Positions 11,234 through 22,930 of a stretch of DNA of 41,757 bases are shown here, piece by piece (the stretch's first letter is position 1; every line of letters starts with the position of its first letter). Location of the stretch: positions 22,422,816 to 22,464,572 of the forward strand of contig NC_068991.1 of assembly GCF_001194135.2 (NCBI RefSeq), read 5' to 3'. The translations under genes were made by a program, and so were the position numbers. Source of the stretch: Octopus bimaculoides. Its lineage: Eukaryota. The notes under the pieces are model-generated. The model had not been told where the DNA came from, searched no databases, and saw nothing but the letters and a program-made list of their open reading frames with translations.

Positions 11234-12599
11234 ATATATATAATATATAATATACAAACATGTATGCATACATACATGCATACATACGCACATACATACA
11301 TACATACATACATACATACATACATACATACAATTGCATCCCCCTGTGTATCTTTCCCATTTTAAGATGATAATGTGTGATTTGCAAAATATCTGGTTGT
11401 TATTTCAAGCAGATGGATTAACAACATTATAGAAGCTCCCATCTCGTTTCACAAGAGAGCAGTTATTGTCATAATCAAGTATAATTAAGTTTTTTGTTTG
11501 TTTGTTTTTAATTCTTCCATTGGAATCATTTTTTGACTAAGACTAGAAATATATAATTTAACATTATCTGCACATAATTTTTAAGGGGCTGGTCTGATAA
11601 CTGATATGATATCATAGATATAAATGAGAAGAAGAACAGGGCCCAAAAGATTACCTTGCAGAACATCTCTCTCAACTTGAAGATATTGAAGAATGGTATT
11701 CAATATGACCAAACTAAATTCTCTCAGATAATCTTTAACCCATCCTATTCCTTATGCATTAAAATGATATTACTGCATTATTTGTATGAATTTTCTGTGA
11801 CTAACAGCAATGTATGCGTAAATGTAGAAAATATCTATAGTGTTATTATTATCTGTTTCTTTTGTCCAAGTGTCTAGATAAGACAGTAGATGAGTAATTG
11901 TAGAGTAATATGGTGGAAAGCATTGTTGATTAATTGATAAAAGTTCATTATATTTCCATTGACATTTAAGAGGTATTGTAGTAATATAATCTTATCTAGG
12001 ATGTGACAGAAATTTATTTTATGCCTCCAGAAAGATAGGAAGCAAACTCGACCTTGGTAGGATTTGAGCTCATAACACAAAGATTGTTACTAAACACCAT
12101 CAAAAACAAAATACCAGACAAGTACTAAGATCAATTTAATAATACCATAACATATGCAAGTTATGAATGAAATTACAGGTTTGTTAACCTTCCTGCATTG
12201 CATGAGAATTTCCAGCGGCATTCACCATCTCTTCATGCATTCAAACAATTCCACAAAATTTCTTGCATTTTAGAAATTCTCCATTATTTATGATGTTTTA
12301 TCATGTCTCATTGTCCCTTTATGGAACATTGCCAGTAGCATATTGATTTGGTCTATCCTTTGGTTCATTCTGAAATATGTGGGGAAAAAAAAATGGCATG
12401 CTGTTATTGGTTTAAACAAAGTTTACTTTTTAATGTATAAGAAATCATGTTGAATGTGCAATTGAAATCAAAATACTTCTAGGCATATATGTGACAGAAC
12501 ATTGGATGAATCTCTGGTAGCGAAGCAATGGAGGTTAACTTTCGCAAAACTTGCACCAACTAAAGCTGATATGAAATTCAATCCAAAGCATACATCCAT

Positions 12600-13290
12600 C
12601 CATTTTTGATGTTCACTATTCCAGGGAGGGCTGTGGAGGGTGTGGTCCTCAGGTACCTCCTCCATAGAGTTTTATCAATAACAATTGTCATTAGACTTTC
12701 TTGCTGGATTCCCAAGCATGACCAGTTAAGACTGAGTATTATCCAACCACCTTGTTCATAGTCTACCCCTAAGTCTCCTGCAGCTTGGCTCATCTTGAAG
12801 AATCTGTTTTGTGATCCCTTCCTGTGACATTTTCACCACATATTCATAGTACTGGAGCCGAGATTTCTCAATACAGAGAAGTAGTGGCTCAGTCTGGAGA
12901 GATTCTCTGATCTCTGAGTTATGCATCATGTTGAATAATGTTATTCTAGATCTCCTTCAGAGGAACTCCATTTCAGCCACTTGTGTACACTAAAATACGT
13001 TTTGGTCATTCCCAACATTCATGATTATAGGTGAGGATAAGCACAAAAACCAAATTGAAGATAACAAATTTAGCTTTCTTATCGACCTCTCCTCTTTTGA
13101 GGATCAAATGCTGAAGCTGGTGCATAACTGTACTAGCAGCTGCAAAACTAACATCCAGTTCAGCCTTTTGCACCCCCACCATTTGTGAATATGGTTACAA
13201 GATATTTAAACTTCTACAAATGCACAGCATAAAGGGTGTTTGTGAGGTGTGTGTTTGCAAAACATAGACTTTATGTATCAGAGCACAAAG
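12600..13290 (-). mobile_element. RTE-clade (RTE-X/Expander-like) LINE, 3' part of the RT ORF, degenerate
   Basis: Minus-strand frames give FKYLVTIFTNGG, AASTVMHQL..KKAKFVIFNLVFVLILTYNHECW and HNSEIRESLQTEPLLLCIEKSRLQYY..KMSQE, matching the RTE thumb and C-terminal consensus. Confidence 0.8.
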
Positions 13291-13499
13291 GACATCATTT
13301 GCCATGTTGCCATAAAAATGCACATAAGAAATACTGAAATGGCAGATTCAGAAAAGATTACATTTGCTATTTGTCATGATGCTCATTTGGCTGATAAAGT
13401 ACAGTAACAGTTATTATTCATGAATATGAAAGCTTTAATGAAAGCTTCAATTTATACACAGATTTTGATTATAAATGTGGAGGTTTAAAGCTGAAATCC

Positions 13500-13630
13500 T
13501 CATGACTCAGCATAACATTTCTATGAAAATCAATGATGATCTGAGTCTCCTGTTGACAAAATATTTCCAGACAGCAAAATTGCAAAGAAGTACAGTTCTG
13601 CAAAAGTGAAAGCCTTGCATGTTAAATGGA
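13500..13630 (+). mobile_element. hAT-like transposase fragment
   Basis: TQHNISMKINDDLS followed by a frameshift into KIFPDSKIAKKYSSAKVKA, resembling the FPDSKIAKKFSCGRTK motif of hAT-superfamily transposases. Confidence 0.55.
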
Positions 13631-14120
13631 TCTGTAGCTCTTACTTTTAAAGGTGATATCACCTTTTCTTATTACAGCAAAACTGAGAAGACAAAGAGCT
13701 GTGTTATTAATATAAACCACACAGGAACATGAATCTGCATGGAAAGGAGCTACACATGGAATATAATACTGAACACGGTAAACAGTAGAATATATAGTTT
13801 AGTGTATGTGTTATTATATATCGGCCATGTAAATTTACATGATATTACTGGAGTAATATGAAAGTAAATGAACTATGTCATTTTAGTCCTTTATGTGTGT
13901 ACAATGTCTGTATTTCCTACTATGACAACAACTGAGAAACTTGTAAATAGATCTAAATAAGCAAACATGTTTATTCATGAATAATAGGTACTAGTGTATA
14001 ACAGGTATACCACTAATAGTAGATGAAGAGGTTTTGGAAAAAAATAATACACATGTATAATCTGCACTGTAGGCTGGTGCTAAAATGATTGCAGTGTAGG
14101 TCATATATATATGTACGTAC

Positions 14121-14151
<31 letters not shown>

Positions 14152-14166
14152 TGTATGTATATATAC

Positions 14167-15050
14167 ACTCTATCCACTACAAACACACAGACTCACATTC
14201 ATACCTCAACTTCACCTCCCACCCTAAACACACCAAGTTCTCCATCCCCTATTCCCAATTCCTCTGTTTATGCAGGCTCTGCAGTGACGACCATGACTTT
14301 GCGACTCAGTCTCTATTCATGGCTTGCTACTTCATCCTACGTTGATATCCCCTCACCACTATCCACACCACCCTTGCCAGAGCACGTTCCGTGGACCGTG
14401 CATCTGCTCTCTTCCCCCCTCACCTGCCCCACTGTCACCCATCTCCCGTTTCCCCTCACCTACCATCCCACCACCCTACCTCTCTAACGCAGCATTCTCC
14501 AAGCCTTCTGGCAACTCCAGTCCGACCCCTCCACTTCGCACATCTTCCTAACCGACGCCCCCCTCCTTCAAACGAGCCGACAACCTACGAGACCTCTTGG
14601 TCCACAGCTTCTTCCCTAATCCAACCTCCCAATCCAGCTCATTCCCCTGCTCCCGCCCATGCTACCGCACTTTCCCTTACCTCTCCAACACCACCATCCT
14701 CACAGGCACCGATCATTGTCCCTATCATATCACTGACTCCTTCACCTGCACTTCTAGCAATGTCATTTACTGCATCTCCTGCTCTCTCTGTCCTACTTTA
14801 TACATCGATCAAATGGGATGCCGCTTAGCTGACCAGTTCGCGGAACACCTCCAAGACACGACTCGGCAACAACACCCCAGTCTTGCGCCATTTCCACTCT
14901 ACTGGTCACTCTTTGCAACACCTGTCTGTGTTCAGACTGTCCTTGCACAGGGGCCATCCAGACTCGCATCTTCGCCATGAGCAGGGATTAATCTTCTCTC
15001 TTCACTCCTTTGCACCATGTGTGCTCAACTCTTCTCCCCTCTTCATCTAA
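14167..15050 (+). mobile_element. Penelope-like element (Neptune-type): RT C-terminus plus GIY-YIG endonuclease, degenerate
   Basis: SIHYKHTDSHSYLNFTSHPKHTKFSIPYSQFLCLCRLCSDDHDF...ARARSVDRASAL, then FPCSRPCYRTFPYLS...DSFTCTSSNVIYCISCSLCPTLYIDQMGCRLADQFAEHL. The element's 3' end runs into a pyrimidine tract and an N gap. Confidence 0.92.
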
Positions 15051-15835
15051 CCCTCCTCCTCTTTCCTCTCTTCCTTCCACACCTACTTCTTCCCTCCCAC
15101 CTCTCCTCTCTTGCTCTGGCACCTACTTCCTTTCTTCACTCCTACCCACTTTCTTCCTTCCACCCTCTCCTTTCGTCATCACCCCTCCCTCATTACCCCA
15201 CCCCTACACATTCCAACCCCACCATCCCTATACATCCCAGCCCACCCCAACCCATCCCTTAGACTCCATNNNNNNNNNNNNNNNNNNNNNNNNNNNNNNN
15301 NNNNNNNNNNNNNNNNNNNNNNNNNNNNNNNNNNNNNNNNNNNNNNNNNNNNNNNNNNNNNNNNNNNNNNNNNNNNNNNNNNNNNNNNNNNNNNNNNNNN
15401 NNNNNNNNNNNNNNNNNNNNNNNNNNNNNNNNNNNNNNNNNNNNNNNNNNNNNNNNNNNNNNNNNNNNNNNNNNNNNNNNNNNNNNNNNNNNNNNNNNNN
15501 NNNNNNNNNNNNNNNNNNNNNNNNNNNNNNNNNNNNNNNNNNNNNNNNNNNNNNNNNNNNNNNNNNNNNNNNNNNNNNNNNNNNNNNNNNNNNNNNNNNN
15601 NNNNNNNNNNNNNNNNNNNNNNNNNNNNNNNNNNNNNNNNNNNNNNNNNNNNNNNNNNNNNNNNNNNNNNNNNNNNNNNNNNNNNNNNNNNNNNNNNNNN
15701 NNNNNNNNNNNNNNNNNNNNNNNNNNNNNNNNNNNNNNNNNNNNNNNNNNNNNNNNNNNNNNNNNNNNNNNNNNNNNNNNNNNNNNNNNNNNNNNNNNNN
15801 NNNNNNNNNNNNNNNNNNNNNNNNNNNNNNNNNNN

Positions 15836-15872
<37 letters not shown>

Positions 15873-16309
15873 TAGATAGATAGATATGTTTTTTATTAAT
15901 AATTGGCAGAAGTTATAGAGTGGCTCAAGGGCCAAGTGTTCAAGTGCCATTGTATGAAACTCTCATGTCTTGGTACTTCTCAGAATGAAACATTATCAGA
16001 GAGTCACTCTGAAACTTCTGCAAATTATTGAAAAGTAACAAATATACACTCATGTTTTGAGTTCTCTTTTCCTGTTTGTTTCACTAAGCCTATATAGCTG
16101 GCCGCTGACGAATTTTCCTGACGAATGCTAGAAATGATGAGTAGATAGACAGCTGACAACTGATGAAGGGTCATTCTTTGTGTTACTTGTGCTATTTTCC
16201 ATTTGTTTCTCTTGTTGTTTGCATATTGAAGTCATTTGTTTTTGTATTTCATGTTGTTTACTGTTGATGACGTTCTACCCATATATGCATATGTATATGT
16301 GTGTGTGTG

Positions 16310-16460
16310 TGTAATATTCGAGCGAGATTGTTGCCAGTGCCGCTGGACTGGTTCCTGTGCAGGTGGCATGTAAAAAACACCATTCGAGCATGGCTGTTGC
16401 CAGTACCGCCTGACTGGCCCTTGTGCTAGTGGCATGTAAACGCACTTACTACACTCTCGT
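16310..16460 (+). mobile_element. SINE internal fragment with two tandem subrepeats (same family as 6385 and 41530)
   Basis: gttgccagt(g/a)ccgc(t/c)(g/t)gactgg...gtggcatgtaaa occurs twice and ends in cactacactctcg-like sequence. Confidence 0.7.
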
Positions 16461-16978
16461 GAACCTCAAGACAAGAAATAATACATGTTCAATTTATATT
16501 ATAGAAGAATATATATATATACATACATACATACATACATACATACATACATACATACACACACACAGACACTCACAATTTGATGTTTTAGCAACATTTC
16601 CACGTTCAATATTAGCTAAATTTTTTAACAATCAATTTCTAATCATATGAACTCTGCATTCTAATAAGTTGTTGTTTATATTTGAAAATTTCTAAACATA
16701 GTCCTCAAATAAGTTATCTCATATTTGAAGACCAGAAAATATACTTACTTTTCCCTGAAGATATTTGACAATAGATCGTTTATTACATCTATAACAGTTA
16801 GGATTTTTTTGGCTATTTTTTTTATTGTCTTGTTGATCCAGTTCCTCTTATATTTATTCTTATAGGCATCTCTTTTAATTTGCATTACTTTTCCATTCTG
16901 GTACAAATAAAATGAATCAAGCATCTATTATATTTTTTCTTCTCCATTTTCTTTTATTAACTTTATAATTTATAAGAC

Positions 16979-17021
<43 letters not shown>

Positions 17022-17222
17022 ATCGTCAATAGTTCATATTCAGAAAGTTAATTCTTATGGCCAGTCAGAAAGCTTAACAAATTGTAAAGAGGTTATGTGC
17101 CTTCAGCCTTTTGAGTTGGACAAGTCGCCTATACAGCTAAGTGGTTTATAGGTGCAAGATCAATGGCCACTCTCTGACTGGCCTTAGCAATTAACTTCCT
17201 AAAAATATCATTTACATATATA

Positions 17223-17479
17223 TATATTTATATAAGGGGCATTACTACAGAATAATGCCACACACTGGACTTCTCAAAATAAACACATTTAGTACCGAAT
17301 GCGAGGAAAAACAACCAACAGAAGATCAACTTTCTTTTAAATAACTCAACTATGTTATTTAAAAGAAAGTTGGTCTTCTTCTGTTGGTCGTTTTTCCTCG
17401 CATTCGGTACTAAATGTGCTTATTTTGGGAAGTCCAGTGTGTGGCATTATTCTGTAGTAATGTCCCTTATATAAATATA
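17223..17479. repeat. Near-perfect long inverted repeat (arms 17223-17345 and 17354-17479, 8-nt centre)
   Basis: The arms are reverse complements of about 123/126 bp with a few substitutions and one 3-nt indel. Both outer ends finish in cccttatataaatata. Confidence 0.95.
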
Positions 17480-17668
17480 AACGAATAATTATATTCTTGG
17501 GAATAGAAATTTCCCTTATGAATTTTTTTACACACTGGCTTCTTGATAAAATTCTTGTAAAAGATTTTTATCCCTTTTTGAATNNNNNNNNNNNNNNNNN
17601 NNNNNNNNNNNNNNNNNNNNNNNNNNNNNNNNNNNNNNNNNNNNNNNNNNNNNNNNNNNNNNNNNNNN

Positions 17669-17706
<38 letters not shown>

Positions 17707-18056
17707 CTCTTGTTTCAGTATCAAGTTAATATAAAACCAATTTAATATGAAACTGAAGCAGTACTCGGTACTCTTAGTAGAGTATGAGTCTATTGAACTT
17801 TTACAAGTACAGGGGTGACATGACTTTTAAGTTTCAGCCTGCTAGCCTTCATTGGCTAGACAAGTAACAAGCAAGTGGATTTGGTTTCGAATCTCAGGCA
17901 GAGCCAAGCAAAGTCCCTACACACACACACACACATATATATATATACACACTGTCTAAGAATCCATAAGTCAGAAAAAATATGTACTTGTATATTTGTT
18001 AATAATGTGAATATATTAATCGATGTGTACAGTATCATATATCCATTACAGCTGAT

Positions 18057-18140
18057 CTTTACCAATCGGTTTCGCACTAGGGGTTCGACAAAGTGTTAGG
18101 TAACAGCCTGATTATGTAACCCTGCATTCTTCAGAGGTGG
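18057..18140 (-). ncRNA. Hammerhead-like motif within a short (TA)n-flanked element
   Basis: Minus strand: CTGAAGA-a-tGCA GGG...CCC ctag TGC-GAAA-CC gatt GG-TA. Stem I pairs poorly in this copy. Confidence 0.45.
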
Positions 18141-18146
18141 CAGTTC

Positions 18147-18182
<36 letters not shown>

Positions 18183-18555
18183 AACTCACAATTTCTTTTG
18201 TGCCAAACTAGTTCTTGTGTATAATATGCGTCTTTAATTTTAAGGTCTTAAAAAGATGGAAAAATGTGAAATAAGCCCAGTAATATACGAAAGTACTCAA
18301 AAGTAACTGACAGCTATAAAAAAAAAAACTATTGTAATTTAGGTTTATCATTTTTCCAGTGTTTCTGTAAAGTTTTTAAATTTTTTTTATTTAGATACCT
18401 CAATTATAAAAGAAAACCTAAGACTGATGAAGTGAAAGGATATGAAAAAATAGTAAGGAATAAACAAAAAGCGATAAAGCAATTATTGCAAATTTGATCA
18501 TCCGTAGAAAGTATAAAAAAAACAAACTAGTAGGAGTATAAGAGAAGTGAGAAGT

Positions 18556-18656
18556 CCAATCCGTTATCCGCCCTCTGCTCAGTTGTGTGAATGCAAGCGA
18601 GCGAGCGAGTTGAAGTGCGCATGCGTCAGTCGTTGATCTAGCCAAGATGATGGCGG
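18556..18656 (+). promoter_or_regulatory. Housekeeping-type promoter of PACS: CCAAT box, GC box, NRF1/Ewg-like site, YY1-like core at the start codon
   Basis: CCAAT at 18556-60, CCGCCC at 18568-73, TGCGCATGCGT at 18616-26 and ATGGCGG at 18650-56. No TATA box is evident. Confidence 0.6.
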
Positions 18657-18765
18657 ATTCTAAATATTCTAAAGGACTGACAGTCATGTCAGGCACAAAA
18701 CCCGTACCCATGAAATTGTTTGCTACACGGGAAATAGAGAAATCGTCGCCCAGTTGTGTCCCGAG
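18647..18765 (+). CDS. PACS2: Phosphofurin acidic cluster sorting protein (single invertebrate PACS1/PACS2 orthologue), first coding exon
   Basis: MMADSKYSKGLTVMSGTKPVPMKLFATREIEKSSPSCVP(R) matches the PACS furin-binding-region start (human PACS2 [22 protein letters not shown]). There is an in-frame upstream stop TGA at 18611, a start context GCCAAGATG, and a strong phase-2 donor AG|GTAAGT at the position where I recall vertebrate exon 1 ending. The exon is too short for the ORF track. Confidence 0.93.
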
Positions 18766-20689
18766 GTAAGTGGTCAGCTTTGAAACTAGCCGCCCCTGAC
18801 ATTTGTAGTCTCTTACTTTCTCTCTTTATAACCTGTCCGCATAAATATGTATATTATTACATTTAACCCATTCATTTCTCATCTGTCTCCGTGAAATGAG
18901 AAACTGGAAGATTTGTGGGGAGATTTTTGTTTTCTCCTCTCACTCATCTGTCATGTGATTATTCGGCTTCCTTTTCTCCATTGATATCATATGGAAAATT
19001 TGAAGGAAAATGAAAAACTGACTGTCGCTGATATTTGTTTGTTCTGTGGTCAGCCTGTTTTTACCAACTCTTGTTCTCTTTATATTCTTCTTATTAGAAA
19101 TGTGGATTCTTATTTAGTTTCTTCTCTGCAACAGCCAAAAAAGAATAAATGAAACTATTTAGCATCGACCGTGTCTCGTTTATAATTCTGAGGGTTTGTA
19201 CCTATATTAAACTGAAGTGATCCCGCAACCCGGGTTACTGTTTATATCTCTTTCTCACATGATACATTGTCCTATGGCAAAAGCATAGATGTCTCGATCT
19301 TCATTCCTTCCTTCATCTCAAAAGCTCATGCTGCGTGTCTGTAATACATTATTACAGTTTTGTCTTGTTCGAACAGCAGTGTTTATGTATTGCATAAACA
19401 TGTAAAAATACTCCTATACATAGTTTCACATAAGAGACGTGCGTTCCTACACACCACACTCGAGACATACGTGCGGATACATATTCATATAAACGCTTAC
19501 ACATATATACACATATTCACACTAAAACATACACACACATATATATATATAGCGAAGTGTGTGTTTACATATACATAGTGGCATGTTTATAGGATACATA
19601 ATCATGTATATGTTTACAACCATAGGCATGTAGATATATCAACTCATGTACTCGTTTACATACTTGTTCGCCTATATACACGTACAGTTAATTATCGTGT
19701 AAGATATACACATACATAGTGACACATAAGAACGTACACACCCCAATATGTATACACGAATCCCAAAAGCCCAATGTTCCAATACAGTGACGCAGACCAA
19801 CAGATTTACTGACGCACACGCAACTTGTTTAGTCATTTTTCTGATGTAAACATACATACTAACAAATGCACACATAGTCATGTTCCTGGCCCACTCTCGT
19901 ATATTTAGATATATAAATGCACACATCTATGACACAAGCAATAGCAACACACACATAGCGTAGTCCCAAAAATGAAATTGAAAAATATTAAAACACTAAG
20001 CGTATCTTTTCATATACATATTCAAATTAATATTCCTCACATTCCTAATTCGACCTACTACAAATAGTTGACAGATCTTCATATCCTCTCTTTCTAAAAA
20101 AAAAAAAAAAGTACACTTTAGTTAATGTAGTTTTATAAACGAAAAAAATAGAAATACAGACAAAAGCCGATATGATCACGGCTTTCATCAGAAGTCTGTT
20201 TAATCAGAGCTGACTTGGGCCTTTACAACGAAAACATCACAGTTTCTTTTACATACATACGAAATATATGCATTCACTGAGTATTTTTTCTCCCTGGTCC
20301 TTACAAATAGGGATTCATGCATAATCCTCCCACATTTACATTGCCTTTTAGATCCTCACACAAACATGTTCTCTATTTTTCACACACATATACACCGTCT
20401 TTTTAGTGTTTTGGCGCATTGCTCCTATGATTCCCCAAAACATCAACTGTATGTCAGCTCTCATGAGCCGGCACTACGACGACCCTTTTCTTTCGTAAAC
20501 TATGCTAATTATTAGTCGGTAGTTGTAAAGGTGATTGATTGCTATGGCGTTGATGTGTGCCTGGTAGATGTTTGTGGTATCATCTGTCTGTTGTGGGTGT
20601 GTCTCTTATGGTGGTCATCATGTATGTTTTGATTTGTGACATGTACATGTATCTCTTGTGTGCGTGCACTGTGGTTGTGTGTGTGTGTA

Positions 20690-20740
<51 letters not shown>
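20690..20740. repeat. (CA)n microsatellite
   Basis: Direct reading. Confidence 0.95.
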
Positions 20741-20743
<3 letters not shown>

Positions 20744-21559
20744 GTGTTGTAGTATTTGGACAAATTTTAAACGCAAGTAACTAACTAAGACTGAAAGAAG
20801 TGCATTGTAAAATAAAATATGCTCCATCATTATGAGACACCATATATATGTATATATATTCATTTATTTCACACCTCGTATAGCATATGAAGATGGTGAG
20901 TTTTCTAGTCCCTTATCATCTCTTTAAAATCGTATCGAATGATCGAATCACCTGTCTTTTCTCTACTGCTCACATCTGCTTTATTGTTGTTACCTCCTCT
21001 ACCGTTAGTGCTAGCCAGGTCAGTACTATGCTGTGCTAGTGATAATCTCGGTGCCGGTGCCTCTGCCCATGTCACTGAAACCGTATGTGTATTTTTTCAT
21101 CTCCAACCAATATCACCATTATTACTACCACCACCACACTATTATTACCAATGCAATTACGAATACTACTACCAGTGGTATTAGTAGTAGTAGTTACATT
21201 AGTATCACTCCCATCATCTACCAGCAACAAACACTATTATAACTATATTGAAAAACCATAAACATTATGCTGGATGCCATCCATCTTTCAAATTTTCATT
21301 ATAATTTCCTGTGCAGTGAGCAAGGAGATGTTTGTTGAGGAAGAATTAAAAGAAAAATTTAACATTGTTTATTGAAGACAGAAAAGTATAAACGTCAAAA
21401 CAAAACACAAAGAAATCCAAGAATATTGCGTTGAACTTGTCACAAGACTTTTTTGTCTTCCACTTATGATACTGCCACAGCCGAATCCATTTCCAACTCC
21501 CTTTCTATAAATTACTTTTTTTGTTCCCCTTGAAATTGCTGTTGTTGTTTCGCCCCTCC

Positions 21560-22930
21560 CCCTTGTCAGTCCTAATCTAGCAGACCTATGATCAAACACA
21601 CTCCGTCAGTGACCATCTCGTCTTTTTTTTTTTTATATTCTCGATTACATCATTATCTGTTATATCTTTGCCCTTTTTTTAGGGTGCGATTTGAGCGTGG
21701 TGACCTTCATCCAAGTTGCTAATAACGTTTTAAAGGAATTTATCTATCTGCAGATTTTACGTCACAATCGGAAAGTTATATATATATTTCTCCAATGATC
21801 CAATTGGAGACCAAGGTTTCTTTTTTCCATTTTTCCATCCAAGCTCTTTCGAACCCATGTATAAAGTTCGCTAGTTAAATCAAATTTGTTGCTGTTTAAT
21901 CAAGGCTTGATCGGCGAAAGCATTTAAAATTTTTCTTATCAAAGCAGAACATTGTATTAGCAAAAACGTGCTTAATATTACAATGAGTACCCAATTAAGA
22001 GATGGAAAAATTAAATAAAATTAATCGAGTCCTCACATTTTCTTTTCTTTCATACATAATAAGTCTTCGTTCATATTGAGCATGTTTCACAGTTTCAAGC
22101 TGTAAACATGTGTTTGTCGTTCGATCCCAGATTAGCCAAACTAAATGCGATTGATATATGTATACTGGACATTTGCTAATGATATGAGGGAATGTAATAA
22201 TATTAATCCATTTTTGTAGTTAGTTAATCTCAGGGACAAGTGAGCGGTTATGTTCTGCCACTTCTTCCTTTTCTTTCTGGTCAGTGCTCGTTTCGCCCCA
22301 GAACCGCTTTAACCGTGCAGACCTTTGATCAAAAGTGTTTCAACGGTGACCATCCCGTCTCATACCAGATATATTATATCCAGTCAATGCTTTTCTTATT
22401 GTTGGTCAAGTTCGATTGAGCACTTATAATCCAAGGCATTCCAGCCATGACTATCTTTTTGATATATCAAAGATTACACTATCCAATGTATTCTTATCTT
22501 AAGACGATAGGGCACACTTTGAGGGGAGATTTGGTAGTTATTTATTGCAGGTCGGACGACTATGCGGAAGCTCTCTCTTTTAGCGCGTAATAGTATATTT
22601 ATGTGTATTGAAGGGTTATTTTAAATTAAAAATATCGATGAAGTTCGTAACAGTAACTGTCAGTCTACATTTGTAATTTTCAATCTCATTTTTGGTTGAA
22701 AGGAGCTTCGACGTGGCCGCACTATATACTAGAAGTAGCAGTCAAATCATTCTCAAACCAAAAACTCGACCGTCTTAAAATATTAAAAAAAAACTCATTG
22801 GATAATGTAATTCTAGATGCATTGTAACTGGGGATACAAAACAGACTGGGTGGTCACCACTGGAATGTCATTCGATCGTAGGTTTGTTTGATCAGACCTG
22901 ACCTGGGGTTAAACCGCAACAACAACCTGT
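21560..22930. repeat. Several old copies of a dispersed repeat (core cagacct[a/t]tgatcaaa...cca[g/t]gaccatc); other copies near 6960, 8160, 20160 and 37050
   Basis: The motif recurs at about 21575, 22310, 22415 and (reverse) 22850-22920. Confidence 0.6.

Noticed and set aside
14089-15950. Long Pro/Ser-rich and X-containing ORFs in the track
   Set aside because: These are alternative frames of the C-rich Penelope relic, or read-through across N gaps and microsatellites.
20156-20198. Minus-strand CTGATGA followed by the hairpin AAGCCG/CGGCTT
   Set aside because: There is no GAAA or stem III, and it lies in a decayed copy of the common cagacctatgatcaaa repeat.
20884-20895. 12-nt microexon candidate CATATGAAGATG|GTGAGT
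   Set aside because: In PACS phase 2 it gives an immediate stop (S-I-stop), and there is no other support.
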